Position numbers and translations under genes: made by a program. A stretch of DNA of 64,000 bases, taken from the NCBI GenBank assembly GCA_003344405.1, contig NOWV01000002.1, positions 434,001-498,000 on the forward strand. Reading direction: 5' to 3'. Positions within the stretch are counted from its first letter, which is position 1. Each line of letters opens with the position of its first letter. The DNA is from Trichoplax sp. H2. Taxonomy: Eukaryota. Shown one piece after another: positions 26,047-37,700 of this stretch. The notes beneath the pieces are model-generated. The model did no database searches. It was not told where the DNA came from and saw nothing but the letters and a program-made list of their open reading frames with translations.

Positions 26047-28089
26047 TCAATTTTTGAGAGAGCGAAAGTAGTCCGGCGCCATTTCCGATAGCCACTCTGG
26101 TTCAATAAGACTTAAATCTCTCATATAACATTTGGTTGTTTGAACTAAATCGGTATATACAACATAGGCCGGCTTAGCGCCAAATAAGCATGAGGTTGGA
26201 TGTATAGCTACTGGTAAATGATTAGCAATGGTGAGGTATCCACTGTCCGTTTGCAGTTCAGCTGTATTTAAAAATAATCCAGCAAGAAGGCACCGTCTTA
26301 CTAATGAAGTATCGTGATTACAAGATACCAATGGTATCCCAATCGTTTGGCATATCTGGCATAATTGTTGACGAATAGCTATAGCACTTTTCATGGCGCG
26401 AATGTTAATAAAGTTCTGATAGCACCAATCTTTGCTACCTTTCGCCGATTTAAAAGCTTTATATAGATTTAATAAAGTAACATGATCCCCTTCAGGTGAT
26501 GTTAATTTTCTTCTTACTTCCAAAGCTTGTTCACGCTTATCATAAGGCGTATACAATATTGAATCTTCAGAAAGTAAGGCTACAAGTGTAACTATCTCTT
26601 CTGTACAGTTGTAATTTTTAGCCGTGAGAAGAATTTTGGAGAATCGTGGTTCAAGCGGAAATCGAGCCATAGTTTTACCTAATTGAGTCAACTGAATATA
26701 GTCCATTTTTTCCACTGCACCTAATTGATAAAGTTGTTCAAGTGCATTGCGTAAATTATTAACTGGTGGCCTATCAATAAAATCGAAATTGATTACATCC
26801 TTGATACCAATGGCTAACATTTGCAAAGCAACACCAGTTAGGTTACATCGTTGTATTTCTGGTCTCGTATGAGACGATAGCTCGTGATACGAATCTTCAG
26901 TGTACAACCGATAGCACATTCCACTTGATTCTCGACCCGCTCGGCCAGTACGCTGCAGTGCTTGATCTTTGGCAATAGGTTGGACAGTCAAAACATCAAA
27001 ACCAGTACGTGAATTATATTGTCGAACTTTGACCATACCGGTGTCAATGACAATTTTAATATCTTTAATTGTAACCGAAGTCTCGGCAAGATTTGTAGCT
27101 AGGACTACCTTGCGACTATTAGACGGAGAAGGCTCGAACACTTTCATTTGCTGACGTGGTGGTAGTCCAGCAAACATTGGACAGATTAGTATTTCTGCTA
27201 CATTATTCACTAGATGCTTCAGATGACTTTTAAGCAATCTCTCTAAAGATTCAATCTCTTCTTGACCGGTCAAAAATACTACAATTCCCCAATGGGGTGG
27301 ATGGAGCTTGTGGACTTGAAGGATAGCTACTAGAGCAGAATGGAGATAATCTGGTTGAGGCTGAGAGGTATACATAATTTGTATTGGAAATTGTCTGCCT
27401 TCGATATAAATAACTTTGGCATTATCCAGATAATTGATAAAGTGTTGGGGATCCAATGTTGCAGACATAATCATAATCTTAAGTGGATTTAATTGCGGAT
27501 TAGTGGCCCTTAACTGTTGACAATTTTTAATAACACCAAATAAGATATCTGTATGGATGGTACGAACATGAGCTTCATCTAATATTATGATATTGTAGCG
27601 GCGTAATAACTGATCATTCATAGCTTCGCGTAGTAACATGCCATCAGTCATATATTTAATTTTGGTAGCAGGTGAACTAGTATCATCGAATCGCACAGTA
27701 TAGCCAACTTTAGAACCTAAGCGAGTACCCATCTCTGATGCTACCCGTTCTGCAATAGTGACCGCAGCAACACGTCGAGGTTGTGTACAAGCAATAATGC
27801 CATTACCGCCTAAACCGCTATGATACAGAAATTGAGGTATTTGTGTTGTTTTACCACTACCAGTTTCACCAATGACAATTAAGGATGCATTATTTTTAAC
27901 CTGCAAGCAAATTTCTTTTCTCACTGGGTAAATAGGTAAACGTTTCCTTTCACTAGCAAGATTGGCTGTAATCTTTTGCATGTCCTTAGTACGAAATTTT
28001 TCGGTTGTGTTACTATTCCATTTTTGTTTGTTGTCAAGTAGTCCAGTGTGCAAATTACCTTGCTTCATATCATCATTATTAGTAGCCAT
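26047..28089 (-). CDS. DHX33: DEAH-box RNA helicase DHX33-like, single coding exon, 680 aa
   Basis: Motifs GETGSGKTTQIPQF, TQPRRVAA, MTDGMLLRE, DEAH(V)RTIHTDILFG, MSAT and QRTGRAGRE plus an HA2/OB tail. TIHTD.LFG and QRTGRAGRE are DHX33-like, and there is no long N-terminal extension. Confidence 0.88.
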   Translation of the reverse strand: MATNNDDMKQGNLHTGLLDNKQKWNSNTTEKFRTKDMQKITANLASERKRLPIYPVRKEICLQVKNNASLIVIGETGSGKTTQIPQFLYHSGLGGNGIIACTQPRRVAAVTIAERVASEMGTRLGSKVGYTVRFDDTSSPATKIKYMTDGMLLREAMNDQLLRRYNIIILDEAHVRTIHTDILFGVIKNCQQLRATNPQLNPLKIMIMSATLDPQHFINYLDNAKVIYIEGRQFPIQIMYTSQPQPDYLHSALVAILQVHKLHPPHWGIVVFLTGQEEIESLERLLKSHLKHLVNNVAEILICPMFAGLPPRQQMKVFEPSPSNSRKVVLATNLAETSVTIKDIKIVIDTGMVKVRQYNSRTGFDVLTVQPIAKDQALQRTGRAGRESSGMCYRLYTEDSYHELSSHTRPEIQRCNLTGVALQMLAIGIKDVINFDFIDRPPVNNLRNALEQLYQLGAVEKMDYIQLTQLGKTMARFPLEPRFSKILLTAKNYNCTEEIVTLVALLSEDSILYTPYDKREQALEVRRKLTSPEGDHVTLLNLYKAFKSAKGSKDWCYQNFINIRAMKSAIAIRQQLCQICQTIGIPLVSCNHDTSLVRRCLLAGLFLNTAELQTDSGYLTIANHLPVAIHPTSCLFGAKPAYVVYTDLVQTTKCYMRDLSLIEPEWLSEMAPDYFRSLKN

Positions 28090-30763
28090 CGTTCAAGTCG
28101 ATATTGCAATAATCAGCCAAGTTCTATCGATTCATTAACTATCCTATTGGGTGAGTAGTGATCGGTACAGATAGAGCATCCCATGCGAAGCAGTGATGAT
28201 TAAAAATAGAAAATTGAAGATTGTCAATATGCTACACTATTACTGTACTTATTAGTAGTACTGTATCGCGACAGGCCATGTGCTGTACTTACTGCTATTC
28301 TTGTCCACTTTTTAAAGGTACGTATTATTCATCCTTTGCAATTCAATTTTCATACAAGTTATAGCACTGTCGTTTTACTGTATGCCCTATATTATTCACT
28401 AAGTTAGAAGTGCAATAACATCGACAGTCAATCATTTCAACAAGACATAGATACTTTTAGACTACTGTATAGGGGAATTGAAAGACACCGTGGCTCAATT
28501 ACGATACCTTACATGGATAAAGGAAAGCATGGAGCCATTTTAATCATGCAATGCGATACCCTCCCACAAGTAGAGATGAGCAATACCAATAGTAGTCTTC
28601 TCTGTCCGCAGTTTGTGGTCTTGATGGAGATGCCAAATTGTTATACTGTAACTTGGTAAGCGCTAAAGAGTTTCCACGATCTCCAAATTAATGATTCCAA
28701 TGATGAGAGGAAACTATTACTATAATCTAGTCGATATGTTACTACGGCAGCTATGGCAACGTTTCTCAGCACTGCCTTGACCCTAAGATTGACGAGTACA
28801 GTATACTAAAATCTTACCGGTAAGGTTTACATAGTAGTCTATGTATCAGCGTATGGCGATATCGACTGTACAGTACAGTACTGTAGCATGGACCGCTACT
28901 ATAGATCTTACAGGTAAAGATGTAGTCGTCTATGACAGTACAAAAAATGTGTAAAATAGATGTCGCATTATTTTCTTGCTATTATAACGCAACAACGCCT
29001 AAGTTGACGACATCTGTTTTACATCTACTACGATAACAGTCTTTTCCATATTCATTTCTGCCTCCATCAAACTTTTTTCTCATCAACTTGTTTTAATAAT
29101 TCGGATCAAATCCATTAGACAGACCCAGAATATTTTTATACTATGTCATATACAAATAGGCGAAATACATGTCGAAACTTGTCCATCATTCTTTTCTATG
29201 TAACGAAAACCAATTTTCGTCATGATTTAGTCAAGTTCAATTTTCATTCAAGTAATTTCTATTTCATTTTCCATCCGAATTGATCTTGATACTAACTACT
29301 ATTTTGACCTATTTTCCTACCTAAAGCAATGCGATCTTAATACTTACTATACTTCCATCATAACGATGCATTCCTCGTTGTGAAAGAGCTCTTTTGTGAA
29401 TGTTTCCTAAGCGATTTATACCGCATATTCTACTGTTACTTCGAAGTATTACAAATCACCATTTGGGACACTCTATCTGTGCAATGTGATCAATAAATAT
29501 CAAATACAGTAGCCTATAAACTTTGCAGACAGTAAGCAGTTACTTACTGATCCTGTCAGCCTGCAAGAATATTTACTACAGTGCAGTATCGAGAATGATT
29601 ACCGCAGAATAAGAAACGAGATTCGCTCTCGTAAGTACCTGTAGGAAAACTACATTATGTTGAGGCCACAGGTAAATAAGATCGTAGATTAGAATTAGCG
29701 GTGTTCATAGATACACCCTATTAGGTGTTATGGCCATCACAGACAACGAGAGGATAATGTTTTAGATGTCAATTGCAGGAGCCATATTGAACGTTAAGTA
29801 GAGTAAGGAATAGTATAGGGAAGGTTAAATAAGATTTTACTTCAATTGATTGAAACGGGGATTTGATAAACATACTTATCAATCCTCCTTTCTACCAATG
29901 TGTAAAAGGCCAACTCCTTGGAGGGGGAGAGAGGTCGATAGCCTTGAGCTAACTGTGTATGTAATTACGTTATCTTAAGTTCTACTGCTGCAATATTCAA
30001 CAATAATATTTTAGGTAAATAAACTATTTTTAACTGCTACGTTCAGGGCTTCGTTGTGTGACTGGATACTGTAGGGCTAAAAGTAGTACTTATTAGCAGT
30101 ACCGGAGAATGGACGAGAAAGAATTCTGATTCTCTCTCATATGCACTGAACGCTGAACCAAAACGAATTCTTAGTTCCGCTCATAGATCCATTGGATGCT
30201 GAATGAGAAGGAATTGTGATTCGCTCTCAACAATTAATTTATAAGCTCTGCATGATAAGTTGATATTTATGCTAGTATACAAAATGGAGAGTGAACATCA
30301 TTTGATTCGCCTTCATACTGTATTTACTGGATGCAGAGATGATAGGAGAATGAATCAGAATTCGTTTCTTGTTTTGTGGTGAGATAGACAGTTGTTATAG
30401 GACGAGAGATTGTAAAGAGGATGAAGAATAGATTTTAAATTTTGCTATGAAAGTTAAAAATCGATACAGTAGAGTGAATCTCGTTATATTAGACCAAAGT
30501 TATGAACTACTAAATTATGGTGTATCTAGTAGTCCATGCCAAAGCATTAGTTTCGTTTATTTTGTATTTTTTTTTAGGGAGGATTAGTAAAGTGCTAGAA
30601 AAGATCGCAGGAAACTCATCTACTGCATTGCAGACTCTGCAGTGACGTAAAATACTTCTCATACATCTGACCTACAAGCATGATTTATTACGGGCCTGTA
30701 GCACAAGTATCAATGACAATTATAGAATTAAGCTCCTGCTTGATATTTTATGAAATGGTAATC

Positions 30764-31152
30764 GCAGTCGAGGTAATTTAGTTATACGCGTCAATAAAGT
30801 AGATAGCAGTCTAAGAAAATGAGATTTTAATTGAATTTGTCATTAGATTTTATCAAAGTAAAGTACATTAGTCTAAAAGAAATTTTGCGTAATCGATCAT
30901 TTATGACAGTTTTGACAATTTCGCTATAAGTACACAATAACAGTCAGCAGTCGAAGAAAATAATAGTTTAATTTGATTCATTTACTTGACTTATCAATGT
31001 AAAGTAGTTTAATTTAAAAGTAATTTATATAATTGATCATTTATGGCAGTTGAGATAATTTAGTTAAAAATACAGTATAGAAGTCAGCAATTTAAGGAAG
31101 TAATATTTTAATTTAAATTATCAATAGACTTTATAAGTGTAAAGTAGTTTAA
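30764..31152. repeat. Degenerate ~140-bp tandem repeat (~2.7 copies)
   Basis: gatcatttatg recurs at 30895 and 31035. The blocks agcagtcXaagaaaat and gtaaagta recur at a ~140-bp period. Confidence 0.65.
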
Positions 31153-31571
31153 GAGTCATTTTATCCGAAACGTAAAAGATGACTTTACTGAAAGATTAGC
31201 TTAAACGAAAAAATCATAAGTATTGCGACTCATGTGTGTAATAAAAAGACATTGATAAATCAGGTTTGTAGTTAATATCAATCTCTAACGCAATCAGTAT
31301 TACCGATGCTTTAATTTGCTTTAATTGACCAATGCTTTTAACTTAAATTCTACCATACAAAATTGAACAAGAACACTAGATCATATTCTACTCTTGAAGC
31401 AGCAGGCAAACAAATTGAAGTACGGATATAAAACTGCCTATCAATATTTAACATGAATGTGAACAAAAGTAATATTTCAATGATTGCAACGATTGTGAGT
31501 TAGTAGCTAACATAATGGTACACGGTCGCTTAACCACATAATAAAGATGGCGCTAAAGGAGGTTGATTAAA

Positions 31572-32146
31572 TCATAAAGTCTCAAAGTCCAAAAAAAATT
31601 GATTCAAATTCAATCCATGCAAAAATAAACTAACAATTGCTACTGTCACTGTAACAATAAAAATAGTCAATATCGAACTGACAAATAACAGAATCGTTAC
31701 AAGTAAAATAATGTTGAAAATATGAAGAGTGGGTATCAACGTAAAGAATGTTAACAAATAGGCAATGATAACCTAGCCAATCTTGCCTATTTTATAAAGT
31801 GAAAACGAACGATGCGATAGTAATAGGAACTACCAAATAGATCATTTAAGAAATAATATGGTTTCGATAACCTTGACAAATATATTGTTAACTACGCCAA
31901 AATAAGAATTCATCGACAAGCACAACAACAGCTGTCTATTGGGAAGGGTAACAGTCTGAATTGAATAAATCCAGAGTACAACTAAAATCCACTGCGGTAT
32001 CGAGGTGAAAGCAATAGCAAAGAGGAATAATTGAAATAAAGCAATTTTTAACCAAAATGCTATATGATTACAAGAAGTAGAAAGCTAAAAGAATAATATA
32101 AGCAGCTGATAGCCAAGTAGATTATAAAGGAAGTAAATGTAGCCAT
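31572..32146 (-). pseudogene. Possible decayed rhodopsin-like GPCR fragment
   Basis: Broken frames give ordered hydrophobic blocks: WILVVLWIYSIQTVTLP, a Cys, YLVVPITIASFVF/SLYKIGK and VIIAYLLTFFTLIP. The T-rich strand could mimic this. Confidence 0.25.
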
Positions 32147-33889
32147 TCAAGGTGTAATAAGAAGTTATAAATTACGGTAAATCATATAGTAATGGACAAA
32201 TCATTGGCATGAAGAGATTAAACTGTGAGTTGTTGCACACCCTATGCTGTGGATCTTGATGATAAAAAATTGATAGAAAAATCCTGACACATAAAAAGTA
32301 ATGTTGTAGGTTTCAAGTATTTTCAAGGAGCAAAGTTTTGAACCCTAAACAATACTGTATTCCAAATTCGATTTTGGGAGAGACTATTAAGTTAAATGGG
32401 TATGAACATCCACTAATACAGTATGTTGTATTAATCCTGCATAGGTGTCTACATAAGCATCTAGAACGAACAACATTAAATATTCTTTAATAAATATTTT
32501 AATGATCTTAAATTGGATGAATTTCGTTCATTAAGGTATTTCATAACAAACGATTATATTTTCTATCACTAGAATTAATCTGTATATTTATTATTAAAAA
32601 ATTAAATTGTCCTTATATACTGAATTAAATATAAATGTTTAAGAAAATTGTATTTTAATCATCAATATATCATACTATTAATGAAGTATAGAAAGACGAT
32701 GTAGCCTTAAAACGAATTAAAAAATATACCATCGAAATCTTATCTACAGTAACTTAACTGTTATTAAATGCATCGAAATCACCAATTATTATTGTTATCT
32801 TACAAGATACAATCAAACCAGGATAAAAATAGGTTGAATTTATCGCCATAAACTCAAGCTATTGATAAAAAGTGATAAAGATTGATGATTGCCATTTATT
32901 ACAGTAAATAAATAGTAGAGTTGATTGTTTTGATATTGCGATAACTTTAAAATAGATATGTAATATTACCATTTTGTGGGGAAGGGATAAGATTAGATTG
33001 ATTATGTCACCTTAAAAGAAATGTTAGCAATTGATGCCCGAATCAACGATAGGTCGAAGAATTGCATTGCAATATATTGTGCGCGAATCATAATTATTTT
33101 ATATCTAATGAAACGACTGTTTATTTTACTATTGAAGCGATGATTTCACTTGAAGAAGTTAACCATATTTTTCTTTACACACTATCTGCAATAAGTCTGA
33201 ATTAAAATAATCATTGAATTATATCATTGAAATGAAGATAAAAATCAAAGAAATTATCCGATCAGAGCTTATCCTGTCACTGAACAATGTATTCCATCTG
33301 CATCATTATTGCAGACTTGTTAATTATTGACTATAATTATCGTGTATAGCAAATAGCTTTCTCGTTTCTGCCCTTTATGGAATTAATTATTATCATTTTT
33401 ATTTTATTGTTATAGAAAATTTAAAGTGAAACTTGAAAAAATTTGTATTATACGTTCTATCCCATTCATTTCTAGCTTTTATTAAGAAGGATACTGTAGC
33501 ATCCACTGAAAGATGTCAACATCAAGAGAAATGATGAAGATTATGCACATACTTTTACAGATAAAGAGCTAGATAGCGCTACTATATTGTTATTAGAGAT
33601 AAAGATTGATATGTATCCTTATTAATCAAATAATAGAACATGAAAAGAACGCAAGTTAATAAATTAAGCAATCGATATCGATATATTATATATTAATTTT
33701 AAAATATTGCATCGTCTTGCTTATCACAAGAGTGATCCTATATGCGACAGCTAATGATGAAGTATAAACAAAACATTATTTCGATTATATAAAATTTTAT
33801 CAGCCCTAATTGGCAAATAATTTCTAAATAAAAATCGTCTAGAAATGAATAAAATAGGTAAAAACTAATTATTGTAACAACTCAGAAAA

Positions 33890-34790
33890 TACTACTGGTA
33901 TTTTACAAAAATTGCCTATTTTCACTTAATTTATCATCTAAAGATATGTTATATTAGATTATATGTCGTATTGATATTATAGAAGCGGAATTCTTGAGAC
34001 TAGGATCACCAACACCTCTTTACAGTGGTGTACTAATGTCAAAAAATTATACAGTTTATAGATTGCTACGATATCTATTGTTGTAAGCGTAAGATAGAAA
34101 TTAATGTTAAGTAAAATCAGTTAAATCAATTTTGCGCTAGAAAATAAAGAGGAAATAAAAGTAATTATAAATTTTTTTAAAATAATAGCCAAAGAAACTA
34201 TCTCACTCTAATTAATTTTATGCAAATATTCTAGTCTAATTTTAACTAAAACTACTATTTACTTTTTTTGACTTCCTCAAAAATTTTACTATCAGAAAAT
34301 GAAATTGTATATAAAAAATAACATCAATGCCAATTAAAATAGCGAAATTATGACAATTGCAACAATTAGGAACAGGTAATCAAACAATCAGAGTCATCTA
34401 AAAACTTCTTCCATATAATCATTTCCTAAATTTTTTGTTATCATTCATCAATCGATAAAAATGATTGGAAGAGCTATCTTTCAGTATTGCTAAAATTACC
34501 GCAAATGATTGGAATATTTTTGCAATTAGTAAACATGAATAACTGCTTGAGTCATTCTCATAATGGTAATCAAAATAGACTAAGAGATTTCTCTTCGAAA
34601 CCAATGAGAAAGAGGTTGACTATAAAAGCTCCCGAACTACAATATTATAATCTAATTTTTTTCCATTGCCCAATGCTGATTGCTATTTATGGGCAATTTT
34701 TATTATATTGAAAGGAGATCGTGAAGATTGAATAGGGAGGATCTCGTATGATGTCGGATTAAAAGTAATGGTAGGTAAATAAAGTTGATA
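33890..34790 (-). pseudogene. Possible decayed rhodopsin-like GPCR
   Basis: Ordered fragments AFIVNLFLIGFE, CLLIAKIFQSFAVILAI, YLFLIVAIVIISLF*LALMLFFIY/LIVKFLRKS and INTTYNLI*HIF, with many stops and frameshifts. Confidence 0.2.
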
Positions 34791-37700
34791 CCATTCTATG
34801 AAGCGGATGCTTGACGTAATTACTGAATTGAGAGTAATCAAAATTCTATCAAGGAACTATTGCAATCCCATTGCGTAATTGTTAATAATTTAATTTCAAA
34901 TTTCCGTAGTACAATTTTTTTTCTCATCTACTTTGAGCTAAAGAGAATCCTATACCGTAAAGTCAACATAAATGAAATAATCGAACAATTCTAATAGTAC
35001 TGATATTATTTGAAATATTAATAATAGCCATTAATTGTTCCAATCTTTCTATAAAATTTAGCTATTTAAGGAATATACTTCTATTGCTAGATGAGATAAG
35101 AGCCCACTCTAGTATTATTACAAAGCAATTCTTGTGCATTGTAAGGGTAATATCAAATCTTGGATTATCCACTTCAACTAAAAAATATTTTTTCTCTGAA
35201 TAGCGATAGTAGCATATTAACATATTTGTCTTCAACAGTTGTAAAAATAGGCTTTATCATACAAATATCCGTTTATTTTAACTTGTAAATAAGAGATTGT
35301 TGTTCATAGAAAAGTGAGTCCTTTAGTATGGTAAAATACTAAAACAGATCATTTCTCGTTAGAGTAAGGAATTAAAGTTATCTTTCTATAAAAAAAATAA
35401 GATCTATTATGCTGATAATAGATCATCTTTTACTGTAATATAAGATTGCAATACTTTGACATCGATTTAAGTGAAACATATTAAAACGTTACACAAATAT
35501 TAAAATAAGCAAATATTTCTCAATGAAACAGATGTAACTAGCATCCGTTCCAGTCTTAAACTGTTAATTTGTAATTTAAACTATCTGCTACTACCACTAT
35601 AGCAATTAATAAAGAAATATGCATTGTTAATTACCTTTAATTGAAGTATTTTACGTCATGGAAAGACAAGGAATATAAATTATAATAGCTATAGAGAGCT
35701 ATAAATAGTTTTAATAGCGATATATTCGAAAAAATTTCATAATGTATACGGCTGTATCATAATATAACTTCTAGCATATACGGTACTAATAAGCAATTCT
35801 GATAATCTTTCAAGAGAGTCAATTAATTAGAGATAATAATAACAATTAATATATATAAAATAGCCATAAAGTAGAGATTCTTGTTCTGCTATAGAATATC
35901 CTAAGAAATGAAATTAGATTAAGAGCATGTGGTCCTGATCAAGAAGAATAGCATGAAATTATTAATGTTTGAAAATAGATGATGTTAGAATATTAGTTAA
36001 TAGATTTCTGTTTCACGATCGTTAGGCTACGATTATATTAATAATGATGATGTTGACAAGATGGGTTCATCTCAATATTCAATCCATTTATATTAGCCCA
36101 CATTGTTGGAGATAGCATCAATAACAATACGCTTAGTGTAAAATTCTAGCCTACCCTTTATCCTAGTGACCCTTGATCATAAAAAAGTTAGAATATTAAA
36201 AATGGAGAGTTACCTATTTAATATTTTTTTGAATAGTGCAATAATTACTCTGTTATGGAATTCCATACCTTTTGAATTTATATTTCAATTTTTCCAGTAG
36301 AAGAATAAAACTACCGATTGTCAGTATTCAGCATCAGAATGATTTATAATTTTGACTATAATGAGATATAACTTTGTTACAAGATAATAGATAGATACGT
36401 ATTCACATTAAACGGTAGTTATTGGCATTAGATCTCAGTTTGTAACTCTATCCAGTAATCTTAAAAAGAAGACGAGAACGAAAATTTCCACTAAGAAGAT
36501 AATAATTAATGTGAATAATTCGTCTATTACTAGTCAATTTTCGATATGTTACGATTTTCATCATCTAATTAAGATTTAAGTCAATTTATTCATTAAGAGG
36601 TCGAATATAACAAATAATTTTACGAATCATATGCAACTGATGTTTTGTTGCATTGATATACGAGTATGTGATTTATGTACATCAGGATCTAAATACTATA
36701 GATTACTAAATAAATCGCTCTCATTATCAATTGTAATGATAAAAAAGGACCATGGCGATCAGTAGTGTCATTTTAAATATGATTTACTACATCCATTAAT
36801 TACTTTCTTGGATTACAACGATGTCTAATATCTTTAATTTCAGTTGAGATGATAGTAGAAATACTAAAGATCGACCTGGAAGTAGAATAATTTACAACAA
36901 CATTGATTGATTAGACAGGTTCATAGAAATTATCTAGCAATAAGAATGATTATACAGCTTAACTTAATGGTAGCTGTCTAGTCTTGTGACAGTAGTAATC
37001 CACGATTGTAATATTTTGTGCTCTCCATTTAGGCTAAGATGAGCACGACAACTAAAATTGAAATAATAAACAATCATGATTCTAGCCAATGTTGATTAAT
37101 GTACAGTACCTGCTATGACTAGATTTGCTAGAACCAGCTGGCAATAATGAAAAGTCAAATCCCTTTGAAATCTTAGTTCTAATAGTCATTGTGTTATCTC
37201 ACCTTTCACTATCATCAACCACATTAGCAGGGCTGCAGTGAAAGTGTGCGTCCTACACTAAAATAACTTATATGTCTTTATTTGGTAAATTCAAATTCAA
37301 ATTGTCTTCATGAGTCGACTGACTTAGTCTCTTTAGCTTATTTAAAATTTTTAACTTATAATTATTAATTTGTAATATCCATTCATCTATAATATAGACA
37401 AACGTAGACAACCTAGTATGCGTATTAAAACTGATGTAATTAATTTTGAACACTAAAAGAATGTAGTTTTAGGGGATAAAGTCATTAATCATGATCATTT
37501 ATTATTCATTGAATCCATTAAAATTATCTGAAGCTCGTCTGTATTTAATGTAATTGAACTGTGATCTTTTATTTCGATCACTATTGTCTCCAACAGTGAC
37601 TCTCAATGTAAACATTGCGACTTTGGATACCATGACATATTTAATCGTAAGTAAAAGAGATGATTTCACGTAGAAAAATAAATAGTTAACAAAAGAAAGG

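Noticed and set aside
37030..37650. Minus-strand mini-exon pattern (58- and 65-nt introns) and a short ORF with KR/RR ending GFNE
   Set aside because: No signal peptide or coherent gene model was found, and the introns are short for this window. RNA evidence would be needed.
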